Positions 47,354-49,845 of a DNA stretch of 49,845 nt are shown one piece after another (the stretch's first letter is position 1; each line of letters opens with the position of its first letter). The stretch is from NCBI GenBank assembly GCA_049968255.1, contig JBMFRB010000010.1, forward strand, positions 49,997 through 99,841. The letters run 5' to 3'. The position numbers were made by a program, and so were the translations under genes. Under the pieces are notes generated by a model. That model saw only the letters and a program-made list of their open reading frames with translations. It searched no databases and was not told the DNA's origin. This DNA is from Candidatus Sumerlaeaceae bacterium (GTDB taxonomy: Bacteria; Sumerlaeota; Sumerlaeia; Sumerlaeales; Sumerlaeaceae).

Positions 47354-48357
47354 ACATCGTGGAGCGTTGGACGCAGCAGGCTCGTGCGCTGCGCAAGCAT
47401 ATTGTTCTACCCGAGGGCGAGGAGCCACGGATGATTGCTGCAGCGCGCAAGGTGGTGGACGAAGGCATTGCCACAGTGGAGTTGCTCGGTGCTCCGCACA
47501 AAATTGCTGCCCAAGCGCAGCAAGCCGGGATCGGCCTTGCCGGCGTGCGAATCACGCATCATTTGTCAGCCCCAGAATTCCAGCGCCTGTGCGAACGCTA
47601 TTGTGAGATTCGATCGCGTGAATCGGGCAAGCAGTTGAGCACGATGGCAGCGCGGCGCATGCTAACAAATCCACTTTTTTATGGCGCCATGATGGTGTGT
47701 GAGGGACTTGCCGACGGTGCGGTCGCAGGCGCTGTCAATACCACGGCCAACGTCGTTTTGGCGGCGCAAGGGGCGATCGGAATGCGCAAAGGAGTCAGCA
47801 GTGTTTCGTCGGCGTTTGTGATTGTGTGTCCGGAAATGCGTTTCGGCGAAGGTGGCGTTTTTGTGTTCGCAGATGCGGCGGTCATTCCAAATCCCACGCC
47901 CGAGCAACTTGCGGACATTGCGATTGCCAGTGCGGCAACATTTCGTGCCCTTGTTGGCGCAGAGCCACGGATCGCCATGTTGAGTTTTTCCACATATGGA
48001 AGCGCCGACCATCCGCGTGTGCAGAAGGTGCGCGAAGCGGTGGCTCTGGCGCGGCGTCTTGCGCCAGAACTGGCTATAGACGGCGAGCTGCAGGCCGATG
48101 CAGCAATTGTCGAAGAGATCGGAAAACGAAAAGCGCCCGCGAGCACGCTGGCAGGACGCGCAAACGTGCTGATCTTTCCAGATCTCAATGCGGGCAATAT
48201 CGGCTACAAGCTTGTGGAGCGACTTGCCAAAGCGCAAGCCTATGGCCCTTTCCTGCAAGGGCTGCGCAAACCAATGAATGACTTGTCGCGCGGTTGCAGC
48301 GTGGAGGATATTGTGCGCGTGATTACGGTGACCTGTTTACAAGCCGCCAATGCATGA
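47350..48357 (+). CDS. pta: Phosphate acetyltransferase (short, class I)
   Basis: [59 protein letters not shown]; ATGA overlap with coaD. Confidence 0.95.
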   Translation: MNIVERWTQQARALRKHIVLPEGEEPRMIAAARKVVDEGIATVELLGAPHKIAAQAQQAGIGLAGVRITHHLSAPEFQRLCERYCEIRSRESGKQLSTMAARRMLTNPLFYGAMMVCEGLADGAVAGAVNTTANVVLAAQGAIGMRKGVSSVSSAFVIVCPEMRFGEGGVFVFADAAVIPNPTPEQLADIAIASAATFRALVGAEPRIAMLSFSTYGSADHPRVQKVREAVALARRLAPELAIDGELQADAAIVEEIGKRKAPASTLAGRANVLIFPDLNAGNIGYKLVERLAKAQAYGPFLQGLRKPMNDLSRGCSVEDIVRVITVTCLQAANA

Positions 48358-48678
48358 AAAATGCGAGTTTTCAGAGGCGGGTTTTCAGAGAATGCAAAAA
48401 GTTTTGAATAGGGATTTTTGTGCCTCGGTATTATCCGAACGCTCGGCGCGAGTGACAAATCGCGAAAAAATGCGAAGAGGCGAAAATAAGCGAAAGTGCC
48501 GAGTGTAAAAAACAAACGCGGCTGAGAAAACAAGCCGCGCGAGAAGGCTCGAAGCAGAAGGGCACGGGACCGCGAGTTCGCCCAAGAGCAAAAGGCGATA
48601 AGCGCAGGCGGCGGGGGCGGGCGAGCTGGAAAAAACAAGTTTCGGCCAAACGTGCACTGTGCGCGTGGGGTCGAGAGA

Positions 48679-48692
48679 TGTTCTTTGAAAAC
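48679..48692 (+). promoter_or_regulatory. rrn leader boxA antitermination element
   Basis: TGTTCTTTGAAAAC about 240 nt upstream of the 16S gene. Confidence 0.65.
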
Positions 48693-48923
48693 TAAACAGA
48701 GAGCAAGGATTCGACAAGCTAGTCGTTTCCTATGAGTTGGAAGCCAAGTGGCCGCCCTTGAAAAAGGGAAAGGGACTGGGAGCTTCGGGACGCCCGGTAA
48801 AGCGCCGGGTGGACAGGAAGCTTCAGTCCGCTCCGTGCAGAGCACAAGCTTTGCAGAGCGACCGAGGTATTCCGAACAACTCAAAAGTTAGGTTCAAGCC
48901 TTCGAGTTTGAACGCAAGTTTAA

Positions 48924-49845
<922 letters not shown>

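Overview
GC-rich bacterial chromosomal window with about 30 CDSs, two tRNAs (Lys-CTT, Pro-GGG) and the 5' ~920 nt of a 16S rRNA gene. There is no CRISPR array, integrase or transposase. The style of the prepilin-like gene (FTLIELLIVVA..AILAAIAV.NFLEAQTRSKVARVKSDMRSLATAVES..VDNN...LTTPVAYITS...DPF) is what I recall from Candidatus Sumerlaeota (BRC1); this is inference and should be checked with the 16S sequence. Housekeeping genes: folE, a PTPS, metK, ispH, M3 oligopeptidase, hisD, PGM/PMM, class II RNR with three NrdR-box-like sites, coaD, pta. Less ordinary content: (1) three GT-C-like polytopic membrane proteins, one frameshifted, near an amber-interrupted pilin-like gene and Pro/Thr-rich exported proteins; (2) several intergenic sigma54-type GG-N10-GC motifs, including a full-consensus one pointing into a structured, apparently non-coding region; (3) a secreted tandem cohesin-like protein; (4) a BH4-type PTPS-folE-B12 radical SAM-metK cluster; (5) a divergent stand-alone CofG homolog; (6) an atypical ETF pair; (7) an orphan BMC pentamer gene; (8) a thioester alpha-2-macroglobulin without adjacent pbpC; (9) a ygeY plus ygeW-like pair outside its usual cluster. 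All family assignments come from motif recognition by eye; no database searches were run.
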